Shown: in pieces, positions 39,246 to 52,582 of the stretch | Numbering within the stretch: position 1 is the first letter of the stretch | Layout: the number at the start of each line of letters is the position of its first letter | Origin: an uncultured Selenomonadales bacterium | Lineage (GTDB): Bacteria; Bacillota; Negativicutes; Selenomonadales; Selenomonadaceae | Length of the DNA: 64,000 bases | NCBI GenBank assembly: GCA_937877545.1 | Contig: CALFJE010000093.1 | Location: forward strand, 27,519 to 91,518 | Direction: 5' to 3' | Notes under the pieces: generated by a model | What the model was told of the DNA's origin: nothing | What the model saw: only the letters and a program-made list of their open reading frames with translations | Database searches by the model: none | Translations under genes and position numbers: made by a program

Positions 39246-39464
39246 TTACTTGAAACGATAGGTAATGCGCCCGCGAGTGAGGTCGTAGGGCGTGAGTTCG
39301 ATTGTAACCTTGTCGCCGGGGAGGATTCGGATAAAGTTCATGCGGATTTTCCCCGACACGTGCGCCAAGACCTCGTGATCATTTTCCAACTTGACTTTGA
39401 ACATTGCGTTCGGCAGAGCCTCTATAACTTTGCCCTCGACTTCGATAACGTCTTGCTTTGACAT
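39246..39464 (-). CDS. infA: Translation initiation factor IF-1
   Basis: [53 protein letters not shown]. Confidence 0.98.
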   Translation of the reverse strand: MSKQDVIEVEGKVIEALPNAMFKVKLENDHEVLAHVSGKIRMNFIRILPGDKVTIELTPYDLTRGRITYRFK

Positions 39465-39480
39465 GATTGTCGCCTCCGGT

Positions 39481-41401
<1,921 letters not shown>

Positions 41402-41402
41402 G

Positions 41403-41843
41403 TTAAATCACCTCAGCGGTACCGCCCGCCGCCTCAATCTTTTGAATCGCCGACTTGGTGAAACCCTGCGCCTTGACCGTCAACTTTTTGGTCAATTCGC
41501 CGTCACCGAGGATACGCACGCCGTCAAGGACATTCTTAAGAATGCCGACTTCGACGAGCGCGACCGCGTCAACCGTCATGTCGTCATCAAAGACGTTGAG
41601 CTTGGAGACGTTGACCTCGGCGTAATTCTTGCGCCAAATATTTTTAAAGCCGCGTTTGGGCAGGCGACGATAAATCGGCATCTGCCCGCCTTCAAAGCCG
41701 GGACGAACGCCGCCGCCGGAGCGAGACTTTTGACCCTTGTGCCCGCGCCCGGACGTCTTGCCACAACCCGAACCCGTCCCGCGTCCGACGCGTGTTTTAT
41801 CTTTGCGAGCACCGTCCGCAGGTTTCAGTTCATGCAATTTCAT
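41403..41843 (-). CDS. rplO: Ribosomal protein uL15
   Basis: [38 protein letters not shown]. Confidence 0.96.
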   Translation of the reverse strand: MKLHELKPADGARKDKTRVGRGTGSGCGKTSGRGHKGQKSRSGGGVRPGFEGGQMPIYRRLPKRGFKNIWRKNYAEVNVSKLNVFDDDMTVDAVALVEVGILKNVLDGVRILGDGELTKKLTVKAQGFTKSAIQKIEAAGGTAEVI

Positions 41844-41863
41844 CAGCCAATCCTCCTCTCCGA

Positions 41864-42067
41864 TTATTTTTCGAGTGCAACCTTGCCGGCGTCGGCGACT
41901 TCTTCGACCTTCACGAGATGTTCGACCTTGTGAATTTGTCCGCGAATCGTCGGGTCGTCGGGCAGAATCGAAAAGGAATTCAACTTGCGCAGTCCGAGCG
42001 AGCGGACGGTTTTGCGTTGAGTTTCGGGGCGACCGATAAGGCTTCTGACCAATGTGATTTTCAGCAT
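41864..42067 (-). CDS. rpmD: Ribosomal protein uL30
   Basis: [28 protein letters not shown]. Confidence 0.93.
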   Translation of the reverse strand: MLKITLVRSLIGRPETQRKTVRSLGLRKLNSFSILPDDPTIRGQIHKVEHLVKVEEVADAGKVALEK

Positions 42068-42079
42068 GTCGACGCCTCC

Positions 42080-42580
42080 TCAGTTAAACAGTTCGGCAAC
42101 GGTCTTGCCGCGCAATTCGGCGACGACCTCGGCACGTTTGAGCATCTTCAAGCCCTCAAGCGTGGCGCGAACCATGTTGTTGGGGTTGGACGAGCCGAGC
42201 GATTTGGTAAGGATGTCGTGAACGCCGGCGAGTTCAAGCACAGCACGAGCCGGACCGCCCGCTATGACGCCGGTACCTTTGGAGGCGGGGCGCAACATGA
42301 CTCTGCCCGCGCCGAAGACGCCAACCACGCCGTGCGGTATGGAACGCTCTTTGAGCGCGACCTCGATAAGATTTTTCTTCGCATCGTCGACGCCTTTGCG
42401 AATCGCTTCGGGGACTTCAGCCGCCTTGCCCAGTCCGACGCCGACTTTGCCGTTCTTGTTGCCGACGACGACCAACGCGCTGAATGAAAATCTGCGACCG
42501 CCCTTAACGACCTTGGCGACACGATTTATAAAAACAACCTTCTCCTCGAATTCGGGAGTTTCAGTTTCATTTCGGGGCAT
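42080..42580 (-). CDS. rpsE: Ribosomal protein uS5
   Basis: [36 protein letters not shown]. Confidence 0.97.
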   Translation of the reverse strand: MPRNETETPEFEEKVVFINRVAKVVKGGRRFSFSALVVVGNKNGKVGVGLGKAAEVPEAIRKGVDDAKKNLIEVALKERSIPHGVVGVFGAGRVMLRPASKGTGVIAGGPARAVLELAGVHDILTKSLGSSNPNNMVRATLEGLKMLKRAEVVAELRGKTVAELFN

Positions 42581-42598
42581 TAGTTCAGCCTCCTTTGC

Positions 42599-42958
42599 TT
42601 AGAATTTCAGACCGCCGTCACGAGCCGCTTGAGCCAACGCCGCAACGCGCCCGTGATAGATGTAGCCGCCGCGATCAAAGACGACCTCGGTAATGCCTTT
42701 TTCGAGAGCCTTTTTGGCTATCGCCGTGCCGACAGCCTTAGCCGCCGCTATGTTGCCGCCCGTGCCGTTGAAGTCTTTATCGAGCGTGCTGGCGGAAGCG
42801 AGCGTCATGCCCTTTTCGTCGTCGATAACCTGCGCGTAGATGTGTTTGAGACTGCGAAACACATTCAAGCGCGGACGTTCTGCCGTGCCCGCAACGCGAT
42901 TGCGAACGCGCAGATGTCTCTTTTGGCGAGTTTTATTTTTATCTGCCTTAAGAAGCAC
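42599..42958 (-). CDS. rplR: Ribosomal protein uL18
   Basis: [20 protein letters not shown]...[16 protein letters not shown] start. Confidence 0.96.
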   Translation of the reverse strand: MLLKADKNKTRQKRHLRVRNRVAGTAERPRLNVFRSLKHIYAQVIDDEKGMTLASASTLDKDFNGTGGNIAAAKAVGTAIAKKALEKGITEVVFDRGGYIYHGRVAALAQAARDGGLKF

Positions 42959-42998
42959 TTAAGTCTTCCTCCTTCGCCGTGGAATGTCAAAAAAAATT

Positions 42999-43403
42999 TT
43001 AGTCGCGCAAACCGGGATTCTCCGCGATAATTTCAACTTCGTTGCCTTCGGGGTCGACGATAACGGCGGCATAGTAGCCGTCACCGGTCGTGCGTGCGCC
43101 GCTGACCACGATAACGCCGTCCGCGTCAAATTTCTTCATCATGTCATCAACGTCCTTGCGATCGCCGACGCTGATTGCGATGTGGTGATAGCCCGTGCGG
43201 TAACGAACTTTCTTGTCGTCGCTGGAGCTGTTGCGCGTCATAATTTCGAGGCGCGAGCCGTCGTCGAAACGCAAAAAGTAATTGCTGAAGTCACTGCGGA
43301 AATTGGTGTACTTGGAGCCTGCCTTCGCGTCGAAGTATTTGACGAAGAAATCTTTCTCCGCCTCCAAGTCATTAACGTACATGGCAACGTGGTCGATTTT
43401 CAT
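42999..43403 (-). CDS. VOC-family (glyoxalase/bleomycin resistance/dioxygenase) protein inserted between rplF and rplR
   Basis: 134 aa. MKIDHVAMYVNDLEAEKDFF...HHIAISV...DPEGNEVEI. Confidence 0.8.
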   Translation of the reverse strand: MKIDHVAMYVNDLEAEKDFFVKYFDAKAGSKYTNFRSDFSNYFLRFDDGSRLEIMTRNSSSDDKKVRYRTGYHHIAISVGDRKDVDDMMKKFDADGVIVVSGARTTGDGYYAAVIVDPEGNEVEIIAENPGLRD

Positions 43404-43454
43404 GATAGTTACCTCCGTTCAAACTCTCCAAATAATTTTATCCGCGCTTAAAAA

Positions 43455-44006
43455 TTACTTCTTGCCCTTCGCGCCGGCTTTACCTTCCTTGCGGCGGATG
43501 TGTTCACCCGCGTACTTAATGCCTTTGCCCTTGTAAGGTTCGGGTTCGCGCCACTTGCGGATATTGGCGGCGACTGCGCCGACGAGTTCCTTGTCTATGC
43601 CGTGGACAGTTATCGTCGTGGCGGTGGGAGCGTCAAGCGTGATACCTGCGGGCGGCTCAATGATAACGGGGTGCGAATAGCCGAGCGACAGATTGAGATT
43701 CTTGCCCTGCTTAGCCGCACGATAGCCGACTCCGGCGATTTCGAGGTTCTTGGTAAAACCGATCGTTACGCCGACGACCATGTTGTTAATCAGCGTGCGC
43801 GAGAGTCCGTGGAGACTCCTGTGCGTTTTATCGTCCGAGGGGCGCGTCACCGTCAAGACGCCGTCCTCTATGCTTATTTTCATTTCCGTGGAGATCTTGC
43901 GGGACAATTCGCCCTTGGGACCTTTGACGTGCACCAGATTATCTTCGCCGACAGTTACGGTGACGCCGGCGGGAATATGTATCGGTGCTCTTCCAATTCG
44001 AGACAT
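43455..44006 (-). CDS. rplF: Ribosomal protein uL6
   Basis: [17 protein letters not shown]...GVGYRA... Confidence 0.97.
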   Translation of the reverse strand: MSRIGRAPIHIPAGVTVTVGEDNLVHVKGPKGELSRKISTEMKISIEDGVLTVTRPSDDKTHRSLHGLSRTLINNMVVGVTIGFTKNLEIAGVGYRAAKQGKNLNLSLGYSHPVIIEPPAGITLDAPTATTITVHGIDKELVGAVAANIRKWREPEPYKGKGIKYAGEHIRRKEGKAGAKGKK

Positions 44007-44027
44007 GTCAGCACCTCCAAAAACTTT

Positions 44028-44426
44028 TTACCAGACGTAAGCGATAACCTCGCCGCCGAGCCCTGCCTTGCGAGCCTGCTTGTCGCTCATGATGCCCTGC
44101 GACGTGGAGATAATCGCGATACCGAGCCCGCCGAGCACGCGAGGAAGTTCCTTGCGCTTGGAATATTGGCGGAGTCCGGGTCTGGAGATGCGTTTAATGC
44201 CCGTTATAACTTTTTCGCGTTCGGCACCGTATTTGAGCTTAACGGTCAAGACGCCCTGCTTGTTGTCCTCGGCGAAAGAGTAATCTTTGATATAGCCTTC
44301 GCGTTTGAGCACGTCGGCGATAGCGATTTTGATTTTCGAGCCGGGAATTTCTACCTTTTCGTGGTAGACGGAATTGGCATTGCGAATGCGCGTGAGCATA
44401 TCCGCAATAGGATCAGTCATTGCCAT
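44028..44426 (-). CDS. rpsH: Ribosomal protein uS8
   Basis: [17 protein letters not shown]....GGEVIAYVW. Confidence 0.97.
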   Translation of the reverse strand: MAMTDPIADMLTRIRNANSVYHEKVEIPGSKIKIAIADVLKREGYIKDYSFAEDNKQGVLTVKLKYGAEREKVITGIKRISRPGLRQYSKRKELPRVLGGLGIAIISTSQGIMSDKQARKAGLGGEVIAYVW

Positions 44427-44462
44427 AGGAAACCGATATCCTCCTTTCGATTGATGAAGATT

Positions 44463-44648
44463 TTACCAGCTGGATTTGGTTATGCCGGGGATGTCGCCGG
44501 CGTAGCTGTGGTTACGGAAGCAGATGCGGCACATTTGGAATTTGCGGATATAGCCGTGGGGTCTGCCGCAGATTTTGCAACGGTTGTACTTGCGGGTCGA
44601 GAACTTGGGTTCCTTGCTCCACTTTTCGATTAAAGCTTTCTTCGCCAT
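44463..44648 (-). CDS. rpsN: Ribosomal protein uS14, zinc-binding type Z
   Basis: 61 aa. [22 protein letters not shown]. Confidence 0.96.
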   Translation of the reverse strand: MAKKALIEKWSKEPKFSTRKYNRCKICGRPHGYIRKFQMCRICFRNHSYAGDIPGITKSSW

Positions 44649-44663
44649 TTGATAATCGCCTCC

Positions 44664-45206
44664 TTAAGAATTGGCAAACGGCATGCCCATGAGGGCGAGG
44701 AATTCTCTTGCCTCTTCGTCGGACTTTGCCGTCGTGACAACGATAATATCCATGCCGCGAATCTTGTCAATCTTGTCGTAGTCGATTTCGGGGAAGATGA
44801 GCTGTTCCTTGACGCCGACCGCGTAATTGCCTCTGCCGTCGAAGGAATTTCTGCTGACGCCGCGGAAGTCGCGAACACGCGGCAGAGCGATATTCATGAA
44901 CTTATCGAGGAATTCGTACATGCGGCGACCGCGCAGGGTGACCTTGCAACCGATAGCCATTCCCTTACGGAGCTTCCACGCCGCGAGGGACTTGCGGGCG
45001 CGAGTGATGACGGGCTTTTGACCTGCTATGGCAGTGAGGTCTGCGATAGCCGATTCGAGCACCTTGGCATTGCCGACGGCGTCGCCGACCGCCATGTTGA
45101 TGACGATTTTCTCAAGCTTCGGCACCTGCATAACGTTCTTGTAGGAGAATTTCTGCGTCATTGCGCCGATAACTTCAGCTTTATACTTCTCTAAAAGTCT
45201 GCTCAC
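44664..45206 (-). CDS. rplE: Ribosomal protein uL5
   Basis: [31 protein letters not shown]. Confidence 0.97.
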   Translation of the reverse strand: MSRLLEKYKAEVIGAMTQKFSYKNVMQVPKLEKIVINMAVGDAVGNAKVLESAIADLTAIAGQKPVITRARKSLAAWKLRKGMAIGCKVTLRGRRMYEFLDKFMNIALPRVRDFRGVSRNSFDGRGNYAVGVKEQLIFPEIDYDKIDKIRGMDIIVVTTAKSDEEAREFLALMGMPFANS

Positions 45207-45218
45207 GATTTCACCTCC

Positions 45219-45542
45219 TTATTCGATGACTTCGCCGCATTTCTTGCAAACGCGGGCGTTTTTGCCGTTTACGTCTTTATGCCCGATGCGCGTGGGCTTG
45301 TTGCAGGCGGGGCAAACCAGCTGAACTTTGCAGGCGTGAAGGGGCATTTCCTTGGTAATGATACCGCCCTGCGGAACTTTGAGGCTCGGCTTGCTGTGAC
45401 GCTTAACCTTGTTGATACCCTCGACGATGACCTTGCCGGCTTTGGGCATTGCGTTGATTATCTTGCCCTGCTTGCCCTTATCCTTGCCCGAAAGGACGAC
45501 GACTGTATCGCCCTTCTTGACGTGAAGTTTAATCAGTGACAA
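45219..45542 (-). CDS. rplX: Ribosomal protein uL24
   Basis: [22 protein letters not shown] (KOW motif). Confidence 0.96.
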   Translation of the reverse strand: MSLIKLHVKKGDTVVVLSGKDKGKQGKIINAMPKAGKVIVEGINKVKRHSKPSLKVPQGGIITKEMPLHACKVQLVCPACNKPTRIGHKDVNGKNARVCKKCGEVIE

Positions 45543-45557
45543 CCTCTGACACCTCCT

Positions 45558-46160
45558 TTAAAACTTATTCCAATGAATACACTCGCTGAGCTTGGGATAA
45601 ATCTGCGCGGGATATTCGGCGTCTTGCGCGGCGTGACCGATACCAATCATGCACGGCAGGATATAACCTTCGGGACAAGCCGCCGCCGTCAAAATCTCTT
45701 CGGGCTGTTTACCCGTCGGGATCCGCATTGTGTAGGCAAGCCCCTCGTTCGTCGTCGCCAGGAAAATATTTTCAATCACGCACCAGATCTCCGCGAAGTC
45801 CATAAACCGCCGACCGAACGCCTCCTCCTTGATGATTCGAGCGTCGCGTTTGAAGAGCGGCAGGATTATGCAAGCCGCCTCCTCGAACATGGAGCGTTGC
45901 CTCGGAAAGGCTATCTTGACCATTTCTTGGAAAGGATTATTCGGCTCGTCGATACTGCATGTCAACGGCTTTATCGTGTCGAGGATTCGTACTTTAACTG
46001 CCGCGTCCGTGACGACGATAAAATTCCATTTGCGCATGTGGTCGAAGGACGGAGCCTTAATCCCCGCGTCGATAATGCGTTCGATAATTTCCTTGTCGAC
46101 GGGCTGACCGGTGAATTGCCGCGTGGTGCGTCGACGCGCTATGACTTCCCCAAACTCCAT
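45558..46160 (-). CDS. Nitroreductase-family flavoprotein inserted between rplN and rplX
   Basis: 200 aa. [31 protein letters not shown] pattern. Its ATG shares a base with the rplN stop (TAATG). Confidence 0.8.
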   Translation of the reverse strand: MEFGEVIARRRTTRQFTGQPVDKEIIERIIDAGIKAPSFDHMRKWNFIVVTDAAVKVRILDTIKPLTCSIDEPNNPFQEMVKIAFPRQRSMFEEAACIILPLFKRDARIIKEEAFGRRFMDFAEIWCVIENIFLATTNEGLAYTMRIPTGKQPEEILTAAACPEGYILPCMIGIGHAAQDAEYPAQIYPKLSECIHWNKF

Positions 46161-46528
46161 TACAAAACCTCCGGCGCGAGTGAAATAATCTTCATGAAGT
46201 CTTTTTCGCGGAGTTCGCGGGCGACCGGTCCGAAGATACGCGTGCCGCGAGGCGTCTTGTCCTCTTTGATGATGACGGCAGCGTTTTCGTCGAAACGGAT
46301 ATAGGAGCCGTCGGGGCGGCGCAAGCCTTTCTTACTGCGCACAACGACCGCCTTAACAACGTCGCCCTTCTTGACCTGACCGCCGGGCGTCGCCGACTTA
46401 ACCGAGGCAACGATGATGTCGCCGATGTTGGCGTAGCGGCGGAAGGAGCCGCCCAGCACGCGGATACACATGATTTCCTTCGCGCCGGTGTTGTCACCGA
46501 CATTCAATCTGCTCTGTTGCTGAATCAC
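46160..46528 (-). CDS. rplN: Ribosomal protein uL14
   Basis: [27 protein letters not shown]. Confidence 0.98.
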   Translation of the reverse strand: MIQQQSRLNVGDNTGAKEIMCIRVLGGSFRRYANIGDIIVASVKSATPGGQVKKGDVVKAVVVRSKKGLRRPDGSYIRFDENAAVIIKEDKTPRGTRIFGPVARELREKDFMKIISLAPEVL

Positions 46529-46548
46529 GATTTAACCTCCTTCCCGAA

Positions 46549-46815
46549 TTACTTCGCCTTTTCGACGATCTGAACGAGTCTCCAGCGTTTTTCCTTCGAC
46601 AGCGGGCGCGTCTCCATGATTGAAACTTTATCGCCGACTTGAGCCTCGTTGTTTTCGTCGTGCGCCTTGAACTTCACCGTGCGCTTGACTGCCTTTTTGT
46701 AAAGTTTATGTTGAACAAGCTCCTCAATCGCCACGACGATAGTCTTATCCATTTTGTTGGAAACGACCTTGCCGACGCGAACCTTGCGCTCGTTGCGTTT
46801 AATTTCTTCGCTCAC
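46549..46815 (-). CDS. rpsQ: Ribosomal protein uS17
   Basis: [34 protein letters not shown]. Confidence 0.96.
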   Translation of the reverse strand: MSEEIKRNERKVRVGKVVSNKMDKTIVVAIEELVQHKLYKKAVKRTVKFKAHDENNEAQVGDKVSIMETRPLSKEKRWRLVQIVEKAK

Positions 46816-46842
46816 GATAGTCCTCCTTCCAAAAATTTTCCG

Positions 46843-47556
46843 TTAAGCCTTAAGCACGACGGGCGTCGACCGATAGCCGATACCCATCCTGTCGATACCC
46901 ATATCAATCAGCGTCAAAAAGTGTTCACGCGTCCGAATGCAACCGCTACCCTTAACCTTAATCTTGTCGCCGCAAACGTCCAGCATTACCTTAATAATTT
47001 CGGGCGTCGCGCCGTGAGCCTCGTGCCCCGTCAAAAAACCCGTGCTCGTCTTCACGAAATCGGCTTTCGCTTCAATCGCGCAGGCGCAGGCTTTTTTAAC
47101 CTCGTCGACGGTCAGCGCGTCGGTCTCGAAGATAACCTTAACCTCGGTGCCGAACTCGTGACAGGTCTCGACGACGGCGGCAATTTCCTCGGTGACGGCG
47201 TCCCATTTGCCGGAGCGAATCCAACCGTAATTGGCTACGATGTCAAGGTCTTGAATCCTCCAATTGCGGCAATACTCCCGCGCCTGCAGAACTTTGGAGG
47301 CGGTGGTCGACGTGCCGAACGGAAAATCGCAGACGACGCAAATGCCGGTTGAAGTGCCCGCCGTCAACTCGGCGGCTATCGGCAAAGACGAAGGATTGAT
47401 ACAAACCGTCGCGCAACCGAAATCCACGCCCTCTTGAATGTAGCGGCGAATGTCCGCCTCGGTGAATTCGGGCTTCAAAACCGATTGGTCGATGTAAGCG
47501 GCGAGTTCCTTGACGGTCATATCGGCGGCTTTTTTATTCGGACGAGTCATAATCAT
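46843..47556 (-). CDS. deoC: Deoxyribose-phosphate aldolase (DeoC family) inserted between rpmC and rpsQ
   Basis: YIDQSVLKPE.T..DI, VCINP, KVIFETDAL, Schiff-base Lys context ADFVKTSTGF, VKGSGCIRT. Confidence 0.8.
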   Translation of the reverse strand: MIMTRPNKKAADMTVKELAAYIDQSVLKPEFTEADIRRYIQEGVDFGCATVCINPSSLPIAAELTAGTSTGICVVCDFPFGTSTTASKVLQAREYCRNWRIQDLDIVANYGWIRSGKWDAVTEEIAAVVETCHEFGTEVKVIFETDALTVDEVKKACACAIEAKADFVKTSTGFLTGHEAHGATPEIIKVMLDVCGDKIKVKGSGCIRTREHFLTLIDMGIDRMGIGYRSTPVVLKA

Positions 47557-47567
47557 TACTCCTTGAC

Positions 47568-47777
47568 TTACTGTCTGATTTTGAGTTCGGCTTCGCGCTG
47601 AATCGTTTTGATTTGTGCGATGGAGCGTTTGACTTCGCGGAGGCGCATGGGATTTTCAAGCTGTCCCGTAGCGTGTTGAAAGCGGAGGTTGAAGAGTTCT
47701 TCCTTGAGCGATTTGATTTTCTCGACCTGCTCTTCGGGCGTCATATCGCGAATTTCATTAACCTTCATGAGCTTCAC
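47568..47777 (-). CDS. rpmC: Ribosomal protein uL29
   Basis: ..[36 protein letters not shown]. Start at 47777 or 47768. Confidence 0.95.
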   Translation of the reverse strand: MKLMKVNEIRDMTPEEQVEKIKSLKEELFNLRFQHATGQLENPMRLREVKRSIAQIKTIQREAELKIRQ

Positions 47778-48306
47778 CGCCTTTATCGGCTTCAGCCGCT
47801 TGAGCCTCCGCCTCGTGCTCCTTGACTTCCGCCGCGTGAGCCGCCTTCTTGGCGTCGGCGAGCGTCTCGTTCACGACGGGAACATAAACGTCGCCCTGAT
47901 GATCGCTGACAACGAACTTGGTTTTAATCGGGAGCTTGTGACCTGCCAGACGCATTGCCTCGGCGGCAATTTCTTTGGGGACGCCCGCCATTTCAAACAG
48001 AACGCGACCCGGCTTGACGACGGCAACCCAGTATTCGGGCGAGCCTTTGCCGGAACCCATGCGCGTTTCGGCAGGCTTGGCGGTGACGGGCTTATCGGGG
48101 AAAATCTTTATCCAGACTTGACCGCCGCGGCGAATGTAACGCGTCATTGCGATACGAGCCGCCTCAATCTGACGATTCGTTATCCACGCCGGCTCCAACG
48201 CTACAAGACCGTACTGCCCGTGCGCTATCGTGTTGCCGCGATTGGCTTTACCCTTCATGCGACCGCGAAATTGCTTGCGATACTTTGTCCTCTTCGGAAT
48301 CAACAT
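47758..48306 (-). CDS. rplP: Ribosomal protein uL16 with an Ala/Glu-rich C-terminal extension of about 45 aa
   Basis: [17 protein letters not shown].. core ends near KLPIKTKFV. It continues [12 protein letters not shown]...[17 protein letters not shown] and overlaps the rpmC start. Confidence 0.93.
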   Translation of the reverse strand: MLIPKRTKYRKQFRGRMKGKANRGNTIAHGQYGLVALEPAWITNRQIEAARIAMTRYIRRGGQVWIKIFPDKPVTAKPAETRMGSGKGSPEYWVAVVKPGRVLFEMAGVPKEIAAEAMRLAGHKLPIKTKFVVSDHQGDVYVPVVNETLADAKKAAHAAEVKEHEAEAQAAEADKGGEAHEG

Positions 48307-48980
48307 TATGCGTCACTCCCTTCGGGCTTGCGGACTTTGTCCTTCTTGTCGGGGAGAATTTCGCCTTTGAAAATCCAAACCTTGATGCCGATGCGCCCGT
48401 AAGTCGTATTAGCCTCCGCGAAGCCGTAATCAATATCTGCGCGGAGCGTGTGCAAGGGGATTGAGCCTTCGCGATAAGATTCACTGCGGGCAATTTCCGC
48501 GCCGCCGAGACGACCGCTGCAGGCGATTTTGATACCCTTCGCGCCGAGCCGCATTGTCCTGCCGACCGATTGTTTCATGGCGCGGCGGAAAGCGATACGG
48601 CGTTCCAACTGCGACGCAATATTTTCCGCGACGAGCAGAGCGTCCAAATCGGGCTGGCGAATCTCCATAATGTTGATGTCGACGCGCTTATCCGAGAGCT
48701 TCTTGAGTTTATTTTTGATGTCCTCAATGCCCGCGCCGCCGCGACCGATAACCATGCCGGGCTTAGCCGTGTGAATTGTGAGCTTGAGGCGTTTCTCCGA
48801 GCGTTCAATCTCTATGCGCGAGACGCCCGCCGACGCCAGTTGCTTATCGGTTTTGATCGCTTTGCGGATTTTGATGTCTTCGTGCAGATTGGTTGCGAAG
48901 TCTTTATCGGCGTACCACTTCGCGTCCCACGTCTTGACTATGCCCAGGCGTATTCCGTGCGGATGTACCTTCTGACCCAA
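48306..48980 (-). CDS. rpsC: Ribosomal protein uS3
   Basis: TTG start at 48980 after AAGGAGGG gives [14 protein letters not shown]... The longer track ORF (to 49121) overlaps rplV and is rejected. Confidence 0.95.
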   Translation of the reverse strand: MGQKVHPHGIRLGIVKTWDAKWYADKDFATNLHEDIKIRKAIKTDKQLASAGVSRIEIERSEKRLKLTIHTAKPGMVIGRGGAGIEDIKNKLKKLSDKRVDINIMEIRQPDLDALLVAENIASQLERRIAFRRAMKQSVGRTMRLGAKGIKIACSGRLGGAEIARSESYREGSIPLHTLRADIDYGFAEANTTYGRIGIKVWIFKGEILPDKKDKVRKPEGSDA

Positions 48981-48997
48981 ACCGTTTCCCTCCTTCG

Positions 48998-49351
48998 TTA
49001 AGATTCTGCCTTTTCGCTGACGACAACCGTGATGTGCGAGGTGTGCTTGAGAATGCTGAACGCCTGCCCTCTGGAGCGCGGGTGATACCTCTTGAGCGTC
49101 GGACCTTGGTCGACGAAACATGTCGAGACGAAAAGTTTATCTGAATCCATGTCGAAATTGTTTTCGGCATTGGCGACGGCACTCTTGAGGACTTTCTCAA
49201 TCAGCGTCGCGCCGCGTTTGGGCGTGAATTTCAAAATCGCGAAGGCGTCGGCAACGTCTTTGCCGCGAATCAAATTCATGACGATACGAACTTTGCGCGG
49301 CGCAATTCTTACATACTTGGCGATTGCTTTGGCTTCCTTGACTTCTGCCAC
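48998..49351 (-). CDS. rplV: Ribosomal protein uL22
   Basis: GTG start. [25 protein letters not shown]. Confidence 0.96.
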   Translation of the reverse strand: MAEVKEAKAIAKYVRIAPRKVRIVMNLIRGKDVADAFAILKFTPKRGATLIEKVLKSAVANAENNFDMDSDKLFVSTCFVDQGPTLKRYHPRSRGQAFSILKHTSHITVVVSEKAES

Positions 49352-49370
49352 TTCGTTTCCTCCTTTCCAC

Positions 49371-49398
49371 TGATTCCCAATTCCTGATTCCTACTTAA
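49371..49398. repeat. Short heptamer array TGATTCC CAATTCC TGATTCC TACTTAA between rpsS and rplV
   Basis: Read directly. The last unit contains the rpsS stop codon (TAG on the - strand). Confidence 0.8.
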
Positions 49399-49672
49399 GC
49401 GACATTTTGCGCTCCTCGCCGGCGTGACCTTTGAACGTGCGCGTCGGAGCGAATTCGCCGAGCTTATGCCCGACCATGTCTTCCGTAACGTAAACCGGAA
49501 CGTGCTTGCGACCGTCGTGAACGGCGATTGTGTGTCCGACGAACGCAGGAAGAATCGTTGAGCTGCGCGACCACGTGCGGATAACTTTCTTGTCGTTGGC
49601 GGCATTGAGAGCCTCGACCTTAGCCAAAAGCTTTTCCTGCACGAACGGTCCCTTTTTAACAGACCTGGACAA
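49391..49672 (-). CDS. rpsS: Ribosomal protein uS19
   Basis: [11 protein letters not shown]...[14 protein letters not shown]. Confidence 0.98.
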   Translation of the reverse strand: MSRSVKKGPFVQEKLLAKVEALNAANDKKVIRTWSRSSTILPAFVGHTIAVHDGRKHVPVYVTEDMVGHKLGEFAPTRTFKGHAGEERKMSLK

Positions 49673-49715
49673 ATTTCTTTCCTCCCTTCCAACATCATCT
49701 TAATTGGCGTTGCGC

Positions 49716-50540
49716 TTATTTGCGACGACGAACGATAAGCTTGTCGGAAGCCTTCTTCTTGCGCGTCTTGGCACCCATAGCGCACTTGCCCCACTTGGTG
49801 ACGGGGTGCTTGCGACCGACGGGCGAACGACCCTCACCGCCGCCGTGCGGATGGTCTACAGGGTTCATGGCGACGCCGCGATTTTCGGGTCTCTTGCCGA
49901 GCCAGCGATTGCGTCCGGCTTTACCGATTGTAATGTTCTCGTGGTCGAGGTTGCCGACTTGCCCGATAGTTGCGCGACAGTTGATGTGAATCTTGCGCAC
50001 CTCACCCGACGGCATACGAATCGTTGCGTAGTTGCCTTCCTTAGCCATGAGCTGAGCCGCCGCACCCGCAGAGCGAACGAGTTGCCCGCCCTTGCCGATT
50101 TTCATTTCGATGTTGTGAATCATGGTGCCGACGGGGATATTCTTAAGCGGCAAGGCGTTGCCGGTCTTGATGTCGGCTTCCGCGCCCGATTCGACTTTGT
50201 CGCCGACCTTAAGCCCGTTCGGAGCGATGATATAACGCTTTTCGCCGTCGACGTAATGGAGCAGGGCGATACGCGCCGAGCGGTTGGGGTCATATTCAAT
50301 CGTGGCGACTTTGGCGGGGATACCGTCCTTGTTGCGCTTGAAGTCGATAATGCGATAGCGACGCTTATGCCCGCCGCCTTGATGACGAACCGTCAAACGC
50401 CCCTGCTGATTGCGACCGCCGTGTTTCTTAAGCGGAGCAAGCAAGGACTTTTCGGGCTTATCGGTCGTGATTTCCTCGAACGTCGAAACGGTCATGTGAC
50501 GGCGTCCGGGGGTGTACGGCTTGAAAGATTTAATTCCCAC
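49716..50540 (-). CDS. rplB: Ribosomal protein uL2
   Basis: [18 protein letters not shown]....[13 protein letters not shown]. Confidence 0.98.
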   Translation of the reverse strand: MGIKSFKPYTPGRRHMTVSTFEEITTDKPEKSLLAPLKKHGGRNQQGRLTVRHQGGGHKRRYRIIDFKRNKDGIPAKVATIEYDPNRSARIALLHYVDGEKRYIIAPNGLKVGDKVESGAEADIKTGNALPLKNIPVGTMIHNIEMKIGKGGQLVRSAGAAAQLMAKEGNYATIRMPSGEVRKIHINCRATIGQVGNLDHENITIGKAGRNRWLGKRPENRGVAMNPVDHPHGGGEGRSPVGRKHPVTKWGKCAMGAKTRKKKASDKLIVRRRK

Positions 50541-50567
50541 TTACGTTTTACCTCCTTTGCGAAAATT

Positions 50568-50849
50568 TTATGCGCTGAAGAGTTCAATCGTCTCGCCCGC
50601 CGCCAGCTTGACGATAGCCTTTTTGTAGCTGTTCGTCTTGCCGACCGTGCGCCCGCGACGTTTGGTCTTGCCCTTGACGTTAATCGTATTCACGTCCTCG
50701 ACCGTCACCTTGAAAATTTCCTCCACGGCGTCGGCGATTTGAATTTTATTGGCACGCTTGTCGACGACGAACACGAATTTGCCTTCCTGCATGAGGTCGG
50801 TCGAACGTTCGCTGATAAGCGGGCGAATCAAAATGTCCCTTGCCTCCAT
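50568..50849 (-). CDS. rplW: Ribosomal protein uL23
   Basis: [11 protein letters not shown]....[12 protein letters not shown]. Confidence 0.95.
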   Translation of the reverse strand: MEARDILIRPLISERSTDLMQEGKFVFVVDKRANKIQIADAVEEIFKVTVEDVNTINVKGKTKRRGRTVGKTNSYKKAIVKLAAGETIELFSA

Positions 50850-51475
50850 CAGACGTACACCTCCTCAATCTTCGCCACGGCGTCTTTGGTAAGGAAGAGT
50901 TTATCGCTGTTGAGAATGTCGTAGACGTTGAGTTGGAGCGCGGCGATTGCCTTGGCGTTCTGCAAGTTGTTTGAGGAGCGCGTTACGTTTTCGATAAGCT
51001 CCGCCGTGATAAACAGCGATTTGCAAGCGTCAACGCCGAACGTCTTTTGGAGTTCAACAAACTTTTTGGTCTTCGGCTCGTCAAAGTTCAAATCGTCGAG
51101 AACGATCAGATTGCCCTCGTTGACCTTATCGGAGAGGACGCATTTCAACGCGAGACGACGCTGCTTGCGGGGCATGGTGAAGGAATAATCGCGGGGGTGC
51201 GGTCCGAAGATTGTACCGCCGCCGCGCCACAGAGGACTCCTGCGCGAACCTGCGCGGGCTCTGCCGGTGCCCTTTTGACGCCAGGGCTTTTTGCCGCCGC
51301 CGCGAACGTCCGCACGCGTCTTTGTCGAGTGGGTGCCCAAACGCCACGACGCCATTTGCATGACAACAGCTTGGTGCACAAGCCCCGCGTTCATCTCAAC
51401 GCCGAAAACATCCGCGCTAAGCTCCAAGTCGCCGACTTTCTTGTTCGTCATATCGTAAACTGCTACAGTTGGCAT
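50849..51475 (-). CDS. rplD: Ribosomal protein uL4
   Basis: ..[30 protein letters not shown]. Confidence 0.97.
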   Translation of the reverse strand: MPTVAVYDMTNKKVGDLELSADVFGVEMNAGLVHQAVVMQMASWRLGTHSTKTRADVRGGGKKPWRQKGTGRARAGSRRSPLWRGGGTIFGPHPRDYSFTMPRKQRRLALKCVLSDKVNEGNLIVLDDLNFDEPKTKKFVELQKTFGVDACKSLFITAELIENVTRSSNNLQNAKAIAALQLNVYDILNSDKLFLTKDAVAKIEEVYV

Positions 51476-51496
51476 TATCTCATTGCCTCCTTTCGA

Positions 51497-52150
51497 TTAG
51501 TGTTTTGGAGTCTTTTTGGGCTTAACGGTTTCGCGAACAATGACGAGCCCTTTCTTCGGACCGGGAACCGCGCCCTTGATGAGGAGTAAATTTCTGTCGG
51601 CGTCGACCTTGACGACCGTAAGACGCTGAATCGTCGTGCGAATACCGCCCATGCGACCGGGCAGACGCTTGCCCTTAATGACGCGACCGCCGGGACCGGA
51701 AAGCATTGCGCCGGTGGAGCCGGGCTCACGGTGCGATTTGGAGCCGTGCCCCATGGGACCTCTGGCGAAGTTGTGACGCTTGATTGAGCCGGCGAAGCCT
51801 TTGCCCTTGGAAGTGCCAACCACGTCAACCAGTTCGCCCGCCGCGAAGATGTCCACGCCGATAACGTCGCCGACTTTGTACTCCGACTCAGCCGCCAAAC
51901 GCACCTCGCGAATAAATTTCACGGGCTTAACGTCAGCCTTTTTGAACTGCCCCATGTCGGGCTTGTTGACCTTGCTCTCCTTGACTTCGCCGAAGCCGAT
52001 TTGAACCGCAAAGTAGCCGTCGGTGTCGACGTTCTTGTTGCGAATGACGACGTTGTTGCCCGTCTCGACGACCGTAACGGGAATGACGCGCCCCTCCTCG
52101 GTGAAGATTTGCGTCATGCCGAGCTTAATGCCCAAGATTGTTTTAGCCAA
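51497..52150 (-). CDS. rplC: Ribosomal protein uL3
   Basis: [12 protein letters not shown]....GKGFAG..KRHNF. TTG start. Confidence 0.97.
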   Translation of the reverse strand: MAKTILGIKLGMTQIFTEEGRVIPVTVVETGNNVVIRNKNVDTDGYFAVQIGFGEVKESKVNKPDMGQFKKADVKPVKFIREVRLAAESEYKVGDVIGVDIFAAGELVDVVGTSKGKGFAGSIKRHNFARGPMGHGSKSHREPGSTGAMLSGPGGRVIKGKRLPGRMGGIRTTIQRLTVVKVDADRNLLLIKGAVPGPKKGLVIVRETVKPKKTPKH

Positions 52151-52163
52151 TGTTCACACCTCC

Positions 52164-52475
52164 TCAGACCTTAATCTCGATGTCAACACCGGCGGGCAAG
52201 TCCAGCCGCATGAGCGCATCAACGGTTTTGTGCGTGGGCTGGAGAATGTCAATCAGGCGTTTGTGCGTGCGCATCTCGAATTGTTCACGCGAATCCTTGT
52301 TGACGTGCGGCGAACGCAGGATTGTGTAGATGTTCTTTTCGGTCGGCAACGGAATGGGACCCGATACGCTTGCGCCGGTTTTCTTGGCGGTCTCCACAAT
52401 CTTCGCCGCGCTCTGATCCAACGACTTGTGGTCGTAGGCTTTGAGGCGAATCCGAATCTTTTGCTGCTTTGCCAA
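52164..52475 (-). CDS. rpsJ: Ribosomal protein uS10
   Basis: [20 protein letters not shown]...[11 protein letters not shown] start after AAGGAGG. Confidence 0.97.
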   Translation of the reverse strand: MAKQQKIRIRLKAYDHKSLDQSAAKIVETAKKTGASVSGPIPLPTEKNIYTILRSPHVNKDSREQFEMRTHKRLIDILQPTHKTVDALMRLDLPAGVDIEIKV

Positions 52476-52582
52476 AATAATTCCTCCTTAGTCGGGAGTC
52501 GCTGCTCCCAACGTTGCTCCGCGACAGTTCCCTTGACGGGCGGAATTTTTCCCGCCTAGCAATCTGCCGCGTCAAAGCCGGT

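Noticed and set aside
48981-49121. N-terminal extension of rpsC in the track ORF (start 49121)
   Set aside because: The extension overlaps rplV and has no similarity to uS3. A TTG at 48980 preceded by AAGGAGGG gives the canonical MGQKVHPHG start.
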